Source of the DNA: a virus
Lineage: Duplodnaviria > Heunggongvirae > Uroviricota > Caudoviricetes
IMG/VR virus record: IMGVR_UViG_3300044673_000278
Span: 59,694 to 123,693 of that record
Direction: 5' to 3' (one strand)
Length of the DNA: 64,000 nucleotides
Part shown: positions 18,893-27,440 of the stretch, piece after piece
Layout of the letters: each line of letters opens with the position of its first letter
How positions within the stretch are numbered: position 1 is the stretch's first letter
Made by a program: the position numbers and the translations under genes
Notes under the pieces: generated by a model
What the model saw: the letters and a program-made list of their open reading frames with translations, nothing else
Databases searched by the model: none
Told to the model about the DNA's origin: nothing

Positions 18893-19015
18893 TCAATGCA
18901 CTTGAAACTTGAACCAATTGTGTTCAACGATTAGCAATATCGAAGTGAGCAGCAAACCCCAAATCAGATTACCCGACAGAGCCAATGCCAACACCGCAAG
19001 CCATCCAGTAATCAT
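18893..19015 (-). CDS. Small membrane protein (40 aa)
   Basis: MITGWLAVLALALSGNLIWGLLLTSILLIVEH... Confidence 0.6.
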   Translation of the reverse strand: MITGWLAVLALALSGNLIWGLLLTSILLIVEHNWFKFQVH

Positions 19016-19016
19016 G

Positions 19017-19181
19017 TTATTTCTCTCTACGGTTTGCAAACCAGACCAGCGGAGCAAAAATCACTGCCATAAAGATCAACCACGGCACAATCACTTCAAC
19101 AAACATTGAGCCACCCAACACCCACAGCATATAGATGCTGAACGCAGTAAAGGTATAGATCAAATATACAGTGAGACTCAT
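19017..19181 (-). CDS. Small membrane protein
   Basis: Two hydrophobic segments and a basic tail; AGGA SD. Confidence 0.55.
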   Translation of the reverse strand: MSLTVYLIYTFTAFSIYMLWVLGGSMFVEVIVPWLIFMAVIFAPLVWFANRREK

Positions 19182-19183
19182 GA

Positions 19184-19366
19184 TCAGTCCTGCTTCAAGC
19201 AAACAAACCGGACTTCTTTGGTAGTGCGTTTACCAAGTGCTTCGCTCTGTTTACCAGCAGCCAGACAGGCAGCTTCGGACTTGAACCCTGGCACTGTAGT
19301 CAGCGCCATTGAATCTTTTTCACTGAGCATGCCTGCATGCAAAAATAAAATCAAAACGTATGTCAT
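19184..19366 (-). CDS. Small exported protein with a Cys pair
   Basis: Hydrophobic N-terminus, F.SEAAC...C pattern. Confidence 0.65.
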   Translation of the reverse strand: MTYVLILFLHAGMLSEKDSMALTTVPGFKSEAACLAAGKQSEALGKRTTKEVRFVCLKQD

Positions 19367-19572
19367 TCTTCGACTCCGAAACCAAAATGTTCCAAGATGC
19401 CCTTAGGGCCATCAAACGCAAGTGTAGCACATTCCCGAACAATCAACTCGGCGAACTTGGCCACATCCAGTTTTTCTGTGGGCTCGTCCAAGCCCTTGGA
19501 TAGAGCGTAGTCCTCTGCTTGATCGGCAGGAACGGCACTCAGCTTGATCAGTTCTTGAATTCGTTCGTTCAT
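19363..19572 (-). CDS. Small paralog family member (MNERI...KFAELIV.EC...HFGVEE)
   Basis: Motifs shared with 19569-19817 and 20131-20325. Confidence 0.75.
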   Translation of the reverse strand: MNERIQELIKLSAVPADQAEDYALSKGLDEPTEKLDVAKFAELIVRECATLAFDGPKGILEHFGFGVEE

Positions 19573-19817
19573 TGTTCAACTCCGAAATGTTCCAGCAACT
19601 CTGTTCGCACATCGTCGCAATCCAACATCTGGTTACCGTCGTCGTCACAAGTAACCAGGTCATCAATATGGTCAGCACATTCCTTGACAATCAACTCGGC
19701 GAACTTTTCTTTAACCACTTGAAGATACTCCTTGCCTTGATATAGCCCATTGGCATCGCAAACACCCAAAGCATATTCCACGGCCTGCGCATCAAGTTCT
19801 CGAATTCGTTTGTTCAT
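19569..19817 (-). CDS. Small paralog family member
   Basis: MNKRIREL...EKFAELIVKECA...EHFGVEQ. Confidence 0.75.
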   Translation of the reverse strand: MNKRIRELDAQAVEYALGVCDANGLYQGKEYLQVVKEKFAELIVKECADHIDDLVTCDDDGNQMLDCDDVRTELLEHFGVEQ

Positions 19818-19820
19818 AGT

Positions 19821-19943
19821 TTAACTCCTAATTCTACGCCATACAACTTCAAATGTAGTTGGCTTTAACATAACTTCCCAACCTTGAGGAATATGTTCAG
19901 GGAATAGACTTGTTTTACCGTTGCTGTGTTTGTACAGTTTCAT
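19821..19943 (-). CDS. Small hypothetical protein (40 aa)
   Basis: MKLYKHSNGKTSLF...; GGAG SD and ATGA coupling. Confidence 0.55.
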   Translation of the reverse strand: MKLYKHSNGKTSLFPEHIPQGWEVMLKPTTFEVVWRRIRS

Positions 19944-20134
19944 TCTTCAACTCCACAAAGTTTTAAAATCTCTGCTCTATACCGGCCGCCTTCAAAGTTG
20001 TCGGCAATGTGATACATTAGTGTATAGCAACCCATTGCGGCTATAGCATCGTGCTCTGGACGATATTCAACACCGGCAAGACTGGCAAACTCTGGCCCCC
20101 AGTATTGTTTGCGGTCCTCAATGTAGTTGCTCAT
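19940..20134 (-). CDS. Small hypothetical protein sharing only the GVEE 3' end with the paralog family
   Basis: Ends LKLCGVEE; coupled on both sides. Confidence 0.65.
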   Translation of the reverse strand: MSNYIEDRKQYWGPEFASLAGVEYRPEHDAIAAMGCYTLMYHIADNFEGGRYRAEILKLCGVEE

Positions 20135-20325
20135 TCTTCAACTCCGAAATGCTTATTCAGTTCATCAAATGCTGATTCGTGCCCAGTAATGAACAAAGTT
20201 TGCATCACCTCTTCTAACAATAAATCGGCGAACTTTTCAACGTTAACCTCGTTCATCGGACCATCATCGCTGTCGTAGTCAGGATTGGTGGCCTGCTTGA
20301 TAAGTTCCCGAATTCGTTGGTTCAT
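20131..20325 (-). CDS. Small paralog family member
   Basis: MNQRIRELIKQA...EKFADLL...KHFGVEE. Confidence 0.75.
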   Translation of the reverse strand: MNQRIRELIKQATNPDYDSDDGPMNEVNVEKFADLLLEEVMQTLFITGHESAFDELNKHFGVEE

Positions 20326-20384
20326 TTGTCATCCTTTATCGAAACGGGACTTATTGGCACTGCCCGTTACGCACACGGCAGGGG

Positions 20385-20564
20385 TTAACCCTGGAATCCC
20401 ACACAGGACTCGAATACTTCAATGAGTTCTTCGTCCGTCATGCCGTCAAGTTCGGCTGGGTCAGTGATATGATCTTCCTCGTCACAATCAAAGCAACGAG
20501 GAATTCCATAACCATCACTGTCTTTGACAAAGGCTTTGAGACGATTGATGACAAGTTCACGCAT
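20385..20564 (-). CDS. Small acidic hypothetical protein (59 aa)
   Basis: MRELVINRLKAF...; AAGGAG SD. Confidence 0.6.
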   Translation of the reverse strand: MRELVINRLKAFVKDSDGYGIPRCFDCDEEDHITDPAELDGMTDEELIEVFESCVGFQG

Positions 20565-20574
20565 GGTTCTCTCC

Positions 20575-21603
20575 TTAGTCAGCAGCCTTCATGCATGTGG
20601 TCTCTGCCAAACGCTTCCAGTTCAGCGGGCTCAGCTTGCGCAGGTCTGCAATCTTCAGCGCCATACGCAGGCTCATTTCACGCAGACGAGTCTGCTTCTC
20701 CGACATGAAGTCGATGATCTCGTCTTGCACACACTGATCAAAGTCGTAGTCCTGGAACAACACACCGTCCTTGGCAATCTGACGAATGCGCAGGATCTTG
20801 TCACGCATGGTGTCCAAGGTCAGGTCCAGATAGTGACAACGGCTCTGCAGAGCGTCAAGGTGATCGCGCAGTTTCTGGCTCTTCATCTTGTCGAACTTCA
20901 AGTTGGTAATGAAGATCACCGAGCCTTTGAATTCAAAGCTGTCGGGGATGCCTTCTTGGCGCAGGATGCGGCTGTCAGCCAGCCACGAAATCTTACGCTT
21001 CTTGCCAGAGTCCAGGGCACCCTTCAGCAGGTTCAGTGCAACGTCATCCAGCAAGATGCTGTCACAGTCGTCAAACACAACCACGCAATTGGGGTCACTA
21101 TATTTGTACAGAGTTTGATACAGGCCAATGGGAGTGGCCGAACCTTTGACAACCTCAGCTCGCAGTCGCTTGCCGGCAATCTTGTCAAACATGCAAGCCT
21201 TGTCAATCTCTTGCTCCACGCCAAAGCTCTTGCCAACACCCGGAGGGCCTGAAACAATCATAGCACGGATGTCGCCGCCGACACAGGCACGGCTCATTTC
21301 AGTCAGAATGTCAAAACGCTCACGGATACGATCCATGGCTTGTTCGTCAGTTTCTTGCACAGCCACAGCAGGCTTTTCGATGTGAATGGTGTTGTCTTGT
21401 GTCATGCCGCTAGTATACTCGATATCTGCGATGTTGTCAACGCGGACACGAATCGTATCAGGGCAACGAGGAAAATTGTCACCGTTTTTCACAGTAACGT
21501 AGCTACCTTTGGCTCCAGTTTGAAAGCCAGACACCAGTTCAAACACAGTGTCTTTGATAGCAATACCGCGGTAGTTACCGTTGAGAATTCGAATGGTGGA
21601 CAT
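20575..21603 (-). CDS. AAA+/P-loop ATPase (early gene)
   Basis: GPPGVGKS, VVVFDDCD, FITN, LQSRC arginine finger. Confidence 0.88.
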   Translation of the reverse strand: MSTIRILNGNYRGIAIKDTVFELVSGFQTGAKGSYVTVKNGDNFPRCPDTIRVRVDNIADIEYTSGMTQDNTIHIEKPAVAVQETDEQAMDRIRERFDILTEMSRACVGGDIRAMIVSGPPGVGKSFGVEQEIDKACMFDKIAGKRLRAEVVKGSATPIGLYQTLYKYSDPNCVVVFDDCDSILLDDVALNLLKGALDSGKKRKISWLADSRILRQEGIPDSFEFKGSVIFITNLKFDKMKSQKLRDHLDALQSRCHYLDLTLDTMRDKILRIRQIAKDGVLFQDYDFDQCVQDEIIDFMSEKQTRLREMSLRMALKIADLRKLSPLNWKRLAETTCMKAAD

Positions 21604-21662
21604 TGTGGCTCCGTTTTGTTACTGTTCTTGTATTATAGCAAATGATGAATTATTGGGCAACC
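21604..21662 (-). promoter_or_regulatory. Early sigma70 promoter/leader repeat, copy 1
   Basis: TTGCCC-17-TATAAT, TG extension, leader ...AAGAACAGTAACAAAACGGAGCCAC. Confidence 0.8.
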
Positions 21663-21790
21663 GTTTGCTGTTGCTCAAGCTCTTGTTGCGAAAATACAAC
21701 ACCGCCGTAGGCTTGTTGGAACTGCTCTGCTACTGCACGAAGGAAAAAAGTGTATACTTTACCTTTACTGGTAATCAGAGTGTACTGCAT
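21650..21790 (-). CDS. Small early protein (46 aa)
   Basis: MQYTLITSKGKVYTFF...; own promoter and AGGAG SD. Confidence 0.65.
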   Translation of the reverse strand: MQYTLITSKGKVYTFFLRAVAEQFQQAYGGVVFSQQELEQQQTVAQ

Positions 21791-21848
21791 GTGGCTCCTT
21801 TTTGCTACTGTTCTTATATTGTAGCAAAAAGGTTATTTTTGGTCAACC
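21791..21848 (-). promoter_or_regulatory. Early sigma70 promoter/leader repeat, copy 2
   Basis: TTGACC-17-TACAAT; leader nearly identical to 21604-21645. Confidence 0.8.
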
Positions 21849-22060
21849 GTTTTGTTGAATTCTGCGTCAAATTTTGCTTGGGTCAGTTTGATATCGTAGA
21901 TCATTTTGGTGCCAAAGCACAGGGCCGCGATGCCCAAAATGGTACCCAGTACCTGCATTGGTACAAGAAAAATTATAGCAGGCACTGCCACGCTGATAGC
22001 TGCCAGGCCCAGGCAAGTTTTGGCTGTTTCTTTGATGGCTGTTTTTTGGATCTGATCCAT
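21833..22060 (-). CDS. Small membrane protein
   Basis: Two hydrophobic helices; promoter at 22088-22115. Confidence 0.7.
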   Translation of the reverse strand: MDQIQKTAIKETAKTCLGLAAISVAVPAIIFLVPMQVLGTILGIAALCFGTKMIYDIKLTQAKFDAEFNKTVDQK

Positions 22061-22087
22061 GATGATTCCTTTGTGTCTATGCGCTAA

Positions 22088-22142
22088 TTATAGCACTTGC
22101 CGAATTATTGGTCAAACTGCAAAGGTAATACTCAAGTATTAC
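22088..22142 (-). promoter_or_regulatory. Early promoter with an upstream perfect palindrome
   Basis: TTGACC-17-TATAAT; GTAATACT-CA-AGTATTAC at 22125-22142. Confidence 0.75.
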
Positions 22143-22342
22143 TGAGCCAGAGTTTGCAGGAACATGTTTTTGAGCTCTTCTACGTCCTCGTACTCAACAT
22201 AAAAGTCGGTAGTAGGATCGTAGTACTTTCCCTCTTTGGGATCGTAGTACAAGACCTGACCGTTGGGGTAGAAGAAAGGACCTTCCAGACCCTTGCGTGG
22301 TTGCCATTTTGTATCACGCTCACGCAGAACTCGATATCCCAT
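22139..22342 (-). CDS. Small early protein (GLEGPF...YYDPKEGKYYDP)
   Basis: AAGGAG SD and own TTGACC-17-TATAAT promoter. Confidence 0.75.
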   Translation of the reverse strand: MGYRVLRERDTKWQPRKGLEGPFFYPNGQVLYYDPKEGKYYDPTTDFYVEYEDVEELKNMFLQTLAQ

Positions 22343-22388
22343 GTCAGGCTCCTTTGTTGTTACAGCCCTAATTATAACCGAAATTCGA

Positions 22389-22661
22389 TTATTTGGTCAA
22401 CTCAGCAGAAAGTAGTATCAAAGTAAGATCCGCTTCGTTGCGAAACGAAATCCAGTAGAGACGAGGGGAAAAGGGATCAGGGCGAGATCCGTAACGGCCG
22501 TGCCAGGGACCTTGTGCGTCCCAACTGCTGGTTTTGAACTTTTCTTTACAGATCCTTTCGATCTCCCTGGCGTTGCGATTAAACTCAGTGAACCGCAGAG
22601 CCACAGTGTGCCTGTGCTCTCGGAACATTTTGTATCTGCCGTTTAACTTGACAATTTTCAT
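22389..22661 (-). CDS. Hypothetical early protein
   Basis: Leaderless promoter TTGACC-17-TACAAT-6-ATG (22668-22696). Confidence 0.7.
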   Translation of the reverse strand: MKIVKLNGRYKMFREHRHTVALRFTEFNRNAREIERICKEKFKTSSWDAQGPWHGRYGSRPDPFSPRLYWISFRNEADLTLILLSAELTK

Positions 22662-22692
22662 GCCCTAATTGTAGCACTGAGCGAATTATTGG

Positions 22693-23430
22693 TCAACGCC
22701 AGTGTGCTTCAACAATGGGATCATTGACTTGATGTGGTTTGGGTTGACCGTGAAACACAATTACACTGGCATTGGGGTCGTGCTGTGCAGGTGTGCCCGG
22801 TGCGCGATGTCTGCGGCGTGGGAAATCATAGCCGCCTTCTTGACACTGCCAGCGCCAACTTTGAAAATGTTGATCGGGCCAAAAACGTTTGTATTGATGT
22901 GATATCACAGTGTCAAGATAGTCCTGGTCGCCGTGGTATCTTTTTACAATCATTTCTCTGGACTCACGATTGAAGTCGTGCCATACATGAGCAAACTTAC
23001 TGACATTCCACCACATCATGCTGGAGTTCATTTTACTACAGGGATGCTGTAGATATCTAAAATCTCTTATGGTCCAAAAGTAATCTGTATTTGATTGTGC
23101 AACCCAATCAAGGCTGTTGACAACGACCACATCCAAGTCCAAGTACAGCAAGTTACCGGCGAAGTGCTCAGGATTGAACAATTGCATTTTGTTCCACCAA
23201 GATTTTTTCGGTCCCTGAGCTTCGGGCCACGGTTCCAAACAATGCTTGATCATGTGTGGGGGCACTGGCCTGTCTGCTTCGGTGTACACATGAAAATTGA
23301 TGCCTACAGACAACTGTCGACTCAACATACTGTAAAGTCGTTCAACGTAGTCCCAACTGTAGCCAGACCCGTGTATTACACAAGCACAGTTTATGGGACC
23401 TGTAATGCTGGGCGTATTCTGTTTAGCCAT
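22693..23430 (-). CDS. GT-A glycosyltransferase (GT8-like)
   Basis: WWNKMQLF, LYLDLDVV (DxD), NSSMMWW, GDQDYL, FHGQPKP. Confidence 0.8.
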   Translation of the reverse strand: MAKQNTPSITGPINCACVIHGSGYSWDYVERLYSMLSRQLSVGINFHVYTEADRPVPPHMIKHCLEPWPEAQGPKKSWWNKMQLFNPEHFAGNLLYLDLDVVVVNSLDWVAQSNTDYFWTIRDFRYLQHPCSKMNSSMMWWNVSKFAHVWHDFNRESREMIVKRYHGDQDYLDTVISHQYKRFWPDQHFQSWRWQCQEGGYDFPRRRHRAPGTPAQHDPNASVIVFHGQPKPHQVNDPIVEAHWR

Positions 23431-24254
23431 GTTCCTGTTATGATTTCTTCTACTGTGTATTCTGTGTGACAAATTTCTACCAACCACTGAGCGCGATCTA
23501 CATCGTAGGGCTGTTCGATGTTGGCAAGATTGATTGCCACAGGTGCAGCCAAACTTGATTGATCAACCACGGGTCTACATCCTGCAACAGCAGCTTGTAT
23601 ACCCGGGCCTGAATTGTAGTTGATCACAGCATGACATCGATAATGCATGTCGTAGCTGTCGTAGGTATTGGTTAATTTTTGTGGTTGCACAACCTTTACA
23701 CCTGCTGGTAACTCGCCGAGCGGAAGTCTTGACCTAGGATGTGGACGCACAACAATGGGCCTGTCTGACACTGCACGAATATTTGTAATTTGTTGGTGAA
23801 CCCAAACAGGCATGTTGATATTTTCAGTTTGCAAACTCAGCGGGTGTTGTGCTGCAATTACAATTTCTTCTGTGTGGACGGATTGTGTTGCTAGGCTGAT
23901 GTTTAATTTAGCAGGACGATCCCAATCTAAATCTTCAGTGTGTCCATAATACCCTGCTGAAGTTATGTTATTGACTGCAATTTTCCAAGTATGCCCACGA
24001 TACAATGCGCCTACTTCCACAATGATCACGGGTTTGTTTTGAGTGCGATAGTGACGATACACTGCTCGATTGGCTGTCATGCGCCCATTCCAAAGCACAG
24101 ACCAAATCACTGCTGCATCTGCTGACATTGAGTTTTCCTGTAATTTGATTCCTGCGCCCACGGCACTGTCTAGCACAGCTGACATCACTGGTCCAGAATT
24201 CAACGCACACTGCAAAGGAAAATAAGCCAAAGTCTTGATCACTAAATATCCCAC
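23391..24254 (-). CDS. KpsC/KpsS-like (Capsule_synth) GT-B glycosyltransferase
   Basis: IVVRPHP...NYNSGPGIQAAVAG.P; true start may be GTG 24242. Confidence 0.65.
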   Translation of the reverse strand: MGYLVIKTLAYFPLQCALNSGPVMSAVLDSAVGAGIKLQENSMSADAAVIWSVLWNGRMTANRAVYRHYRTQNKPVIIVEVGALYRGHTWKIAVNNITSAGYYGHTEDLDWDRPAKLNISLATQSVHTEEIVIAAQHPLSLQTENINMPVWVHQQITNIRAVSDRPIVVRPHPRSRLPLGELPAGVKVVQPQKLTNTYDSYDMHYRCHAVINYNSGPGIQAAVAGCRPVVDQSSLAAPVAINLANIEQPYDVDRAQWLVEICHTEYTVEEIITGTWLNRIRPALQVP

Positions 24255-25058
24255 ATGAAATACACTGTAGTTACCACATTTTCAGCCGACGGTTATAAAC
24301 GTTATGGCCAGCGCATGATACAGACATTTTTGCAAAATTGGCCACAACAAGTTGATCTGCTGGTCTATGCAGAAAATTGCACAGTCACAGAAACAGCACC
24401 CAATCTGCAGGTGTTTGATTTGGCCACTGCCAGCCCCGAACTAGTCCAGTTCAAAACAAAATGGCAAGGAGTGCCCAAGGCCAACGGTGACGTCAGCGAC
24501 GATCCAGTCAGACGCCAGAGAAAAGATGCTGGCAAAGGTTTTAAGTGGGACGCTGTGAGATTCAGTCACAAAGTGTATGCTATATTTGCTGCTGCTCGTG
24601 TATGCAAAACAGATTGGTTGATCTGGATGGACGCAGACACAGTGTGCCACAGCCCGCTGGACATTGAATTTCTCCATCGTATGTGCGATACCAAAAGAGA
24701 TATTTGTTATCTGGGTCGTGCCAAAAAATACACCGAGTGCGGACTGTACGCAATGAACCTCCGCAGTGCAGCCACACAAAAATTCTTACACGAGTTCCAA
24801 CGCTATTACGACGATGCAGAACAGGGAATCTTTACTCTAATGGAGTGGCACGATAGTTTTGTGTTTGATCATGTTAGAATCAACACTGGACTACAGGGAA
24901 CAGACTGGAGCAGCCATTTGATTTCAGGTGAAGGCCATCCACTGATCAACACTGAATGGGGTGCGTACCTTGATCATCTCAAAGGTGATCGCAAGGATCT
25001 AGGACGCAGCAAAGTCAAAGACCTAAAGGTAATAAGAAAAGAAGGCTATTGGCAGTGA
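24255..25058 (+). CDS. GT-A glycosyltransferase-like protein
   Basis: RFSHKVYA, WMDADT (DxD), EWHDSFVF, DHLKG; TAAATA upstream. Confidence 0.75.
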   Translation: MKYTVVTTFSADGYKRYGQRMIQTFLQNWPQQVDLLVYAENCTVTETAPNLQVFDLATASPELVQFKTKWQGVPKANGDVSDDPVRRQRKDAGKGFKWDAVRFSHKVYAIFAAARVCKTDWLIWMDADTVCHSPLDIEFLHRMCDTKRDICYLGRAKKYTECGLYAMNLRSAATQKFLHEFQRYYDDAEQGIFTLMEWHDSFVFDHVRINTGLQGTDWSSHLISGEGHPLINTEWGAYLDHLKGDRKDLGRSKVKDLKVIRKEGYWQ

Positions 25059-25732
25059 AGTCCTATATCATACATCTCAGTCGTGTACCTGCTAGCCTAG
25101 CATCTGCTGAACGATTGCAAGCAGAATTAAAAGACTTTGGCCAGGAATCTGAGTTGTTTGAAGGCAGCTACGGGGATCAAACACTCGAACAATATCAAGA
25201 AATCAATAGGCAATGTCACGACTGGGGACTCAAGGGGCCCGACAATCCATTTACAGCTGAACACAAGGTCGAACTTACCACTCCTGGTATTGTGGGCTGC
25301 TTTGACAGTCATTACAGACTTTGGCAACACTGTGCGGACATACAAGAACCCATAATGATATTCGAAGATGATGCGCATGTTATACGACCGTATGTGCCTG
25401 TGTTGTGGACTGACGTGTTGATTGTGGCTTCTAGTCATACAAAGAAAATGGGCAGGTATCAACAGTACATTAACAATCCAACTGAAGATCCTCCACGGGC
25501 CATGCCATATGGACAAAGCACACTGCCCGGCGCTGCTGGATATGCACTGCACCCTGCTGCTGCTGATAAATTAGTAAAATGCTATCGTCGATCTTTTTTA
25601 CCAGCCGACAATGCTGTGAATCAATACCTTGTGAGAATACAAATACACAGCCACATGATAGGTTATGCAATAGACAGAGACAAAACTGACGGCAAAAGCA
25701 GTTTGATACGAACAAAATACTGGGACAAATAA
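25049..25732 (+). CDS. Glycosyltransferase family 25
   Basis: YIIHL, GIVGCFDSHYRLW, IFEDDA, AGYAL, PAD. Confidence 0.85.
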   Translation: MAVKSYIIHLSRVPASLASAERLQAELKDFGQESELFEGSYGDQTLEQYQEINRQCHDWGLKGPDNPFTAEHKVELTTPGIVGCFDSHYRLWQHCADIQEPIMIFEDDAHVIRPYVPVLWTDVLIVASSHTKKMGRYQQYINNPTEDPPRAMPYGQSTLPGAAGYALHPAAADKLVKCYRRSFLPADNAVNQYLVRIQIHSHMIGYAIDRDKTDGKSSLIRTKYWDK

Positions 25733-26283
25733 TGGGATATAGTTTAAGCACAGGCAAAGCCGAAACACTGGCATGGTTCCAACAGCACGGACCATTTCAA
25801 AGAATACTAGACATTGGTGCTGGATCAGGCACCTATATCAATTTGATTAAGATAAAGAATCGTGTTTGTCAAGACGCAGAGTGGGTAGGTATCGAAGCCT
25901 GGGCTGAATATGTTGAAAAATTCAATCTACAACACAAATACAATCGTGTGATAAATCAGGATGTAAGAACTGTGGACTGGAACAGCATGGGTAAATTTGA
26001 CGTTGCCATTGCCGGAGATGTGTTGGAACACATGACCAAGTCCGAGGCTGTTGAATTGGTAGAACACATATTGGATCATTGTGCCACGCTGATCATCAGC
26101 ATACCTATCATACACATGCCACAGGATGCAATTGAGGGCAATCCCTATGAAGTGCATGTCAAAGACGACTGGAGTCACGACGAAGTAATGGCTACCTGGC
26201 CCCAGTATATTCAGGAACACTATCGCAAAAGTGGCAAAAGCAAAATTGGCGTATACTGGTTATCAAAACAAAATGCTCATTAA
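25732..26283 (+). CDS. Class I SAM-dependent methyltransferase
   Basis: ILDIGAGSG, GIE, FDVAIAGDVLEHM. Confidence 0.88.
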   Translation: MGYSLSTGKAETLAWFQQHGPFQRILDIGAGSGTYINLIKIKNRVCQDAEWVGIEAWAEYVEKFNLQHKYNRVINQDVRTVDWNSMGKFDVAIAGDVLEHMTKSEAVELVEHILDHCATLIISIPIIHMPQDAIEGNPYEVHVKDDWSHDEVMATWPQYIQEHYRKSGKSKIGVYWLSKQNAH

Positions 26284-26797
26284 ACAACACCTACATCACT
26301 ATCAACGAATCAAATCATACTGTGCAGGCAAGTCCATGCTGATGCTGGGCAATCAGTATACCAAAGTGGGCCCAGCAGCTGAGTTGTTTGAACTCAACAA
26401 ATACAAGACACTGGATCCTGACGGCGGAGACTATGCCATTGACATTCAAAGCGATCTATCGTTCATGGATCAGCAATGGGATGTTGTTTTTAATTTGGGC
26501 ACTATTGAGCATGTGTGGGACGTTCACCGGGCATACAGCAACAGTGCAAGGCTTGTGAAGGTAGGTGGATATTACATAGGACATGCACCTGTGGAAAACT
26601 ACAACAATCACGGCATTCACGTTACCAATGCCAAAGCCATTCTTAAATTCTTTGAAATGAATGGATTCGAAATGGTTGAATACTGGACCAGTGACTCTGT
26701 AATTTTGTGGCACGTTGCTCGCAAGATCAAACATGTGACAGAATTTGTTAGACCGCAACAGGTGTGGATTGATGGCGAAGCAGACCATTTTGAATAA
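26273..26797 (+). CDS. Methyltransferase-like protein
   Basis: WDVVFNLGTIEHV...VKVGG. Confidence 0.7.
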   Translation: MLIKQHLHHYQRIKSYCAGKSMLMLGNQYTKVGPAAELFELNKYKTLDPDGGDYAIDIQSDLSFMDQQWDVVFNLGTIEHVWDVHRAYSNSARLVKVGGYYIGHAPVENYNNHGIHVTNAKAILKFFEMNGFEMVEYWTSDSVILWHVARKIKHVTEFVRPQQVWIDGEADHFE

Positions 26798-27440
26798 ACC
26801 ACTAAACGTAGTATGTGTACTGCGCCAAGGTGGCAAAGTAGGTTACAGTGCATCGTGGGTCGAAAAGCTCATGCATGGTGTGCAAAGAAATCTCACACTG
26901 CCGTATCAATTCACTTGCTTGAGTGACTGCGATGTGCCTTGCAACAGAATACCACTGGAATCCACTGGCACAGGATTTTGGTCCAAGCTACAATTATTTC
27001 GTCCAGGGCAGTTTGACGGCCCTGTGCTGTACATTGATCTGGATGCTATTGTATGTCAGAACATTGATGAAATTGTACACAGAGTCCAAGATCAGAATTT
27101 TGTAATGTGGCTAGAACCACGTACACACGCACATTCAAGTGCAATCATGTGGTGGCAAGGTGATCACAGTCACTTATGGGATCTGTACAAGTCCCAACCC
27201 GAAAGTCATTGGCAGCAGGCGCACACTGAGAAACACAGTTACGGCGATCAAGGGTTCATTGCCGACCACGTCAAACACACGTTGTTTCAAGATCACATGC
27301 CCAACTCATGGTTTCATCTTGCTAGCAAACGAGACAATGAGTTTGACTTTGCAGAAGTAAAAATTCTACAGTTTATCAAAACTCACACCAAACCCAGTAC
27401 ACTGCCCGATCACCCCATGGTGCAGCAACACTGGCATTAA
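26772..27440 (+). CDS. GT-A glycosyltransferase (paralog of 22693-23430)
   Basis: FWSKLQLF, LYIDLD, SSAIMWW, GDQGFI, KP. Confidence 0.8.
   Translation: MAKQTILNKPLNVVCVLRQGGKVGYSASWVEKLMHGVQRNLTLPYQFTCLSDCDVPCNRIPLESTGTGFWSKLQLFRPGQFDGPVLYIDLDAIVCQNIDEIVHRVQDQNFVMWLEPRTHAHSSAIMWWQGDHSHLWDLYKSQPESHWQQAHTEKHSYGDQGFIADHVKHTLFQDHMPNSWFHLASKRDNEFDFAEVKILQFIKTHTKPSTLPDHPMVQQHWH

Noticed and set aside
19363-22700. Possible CRISPR-like array from the recurring short repeats
   Set aside because: Repeats are degenerate, irregularly spaced and explained by coding junctions and promoters; no cas genes
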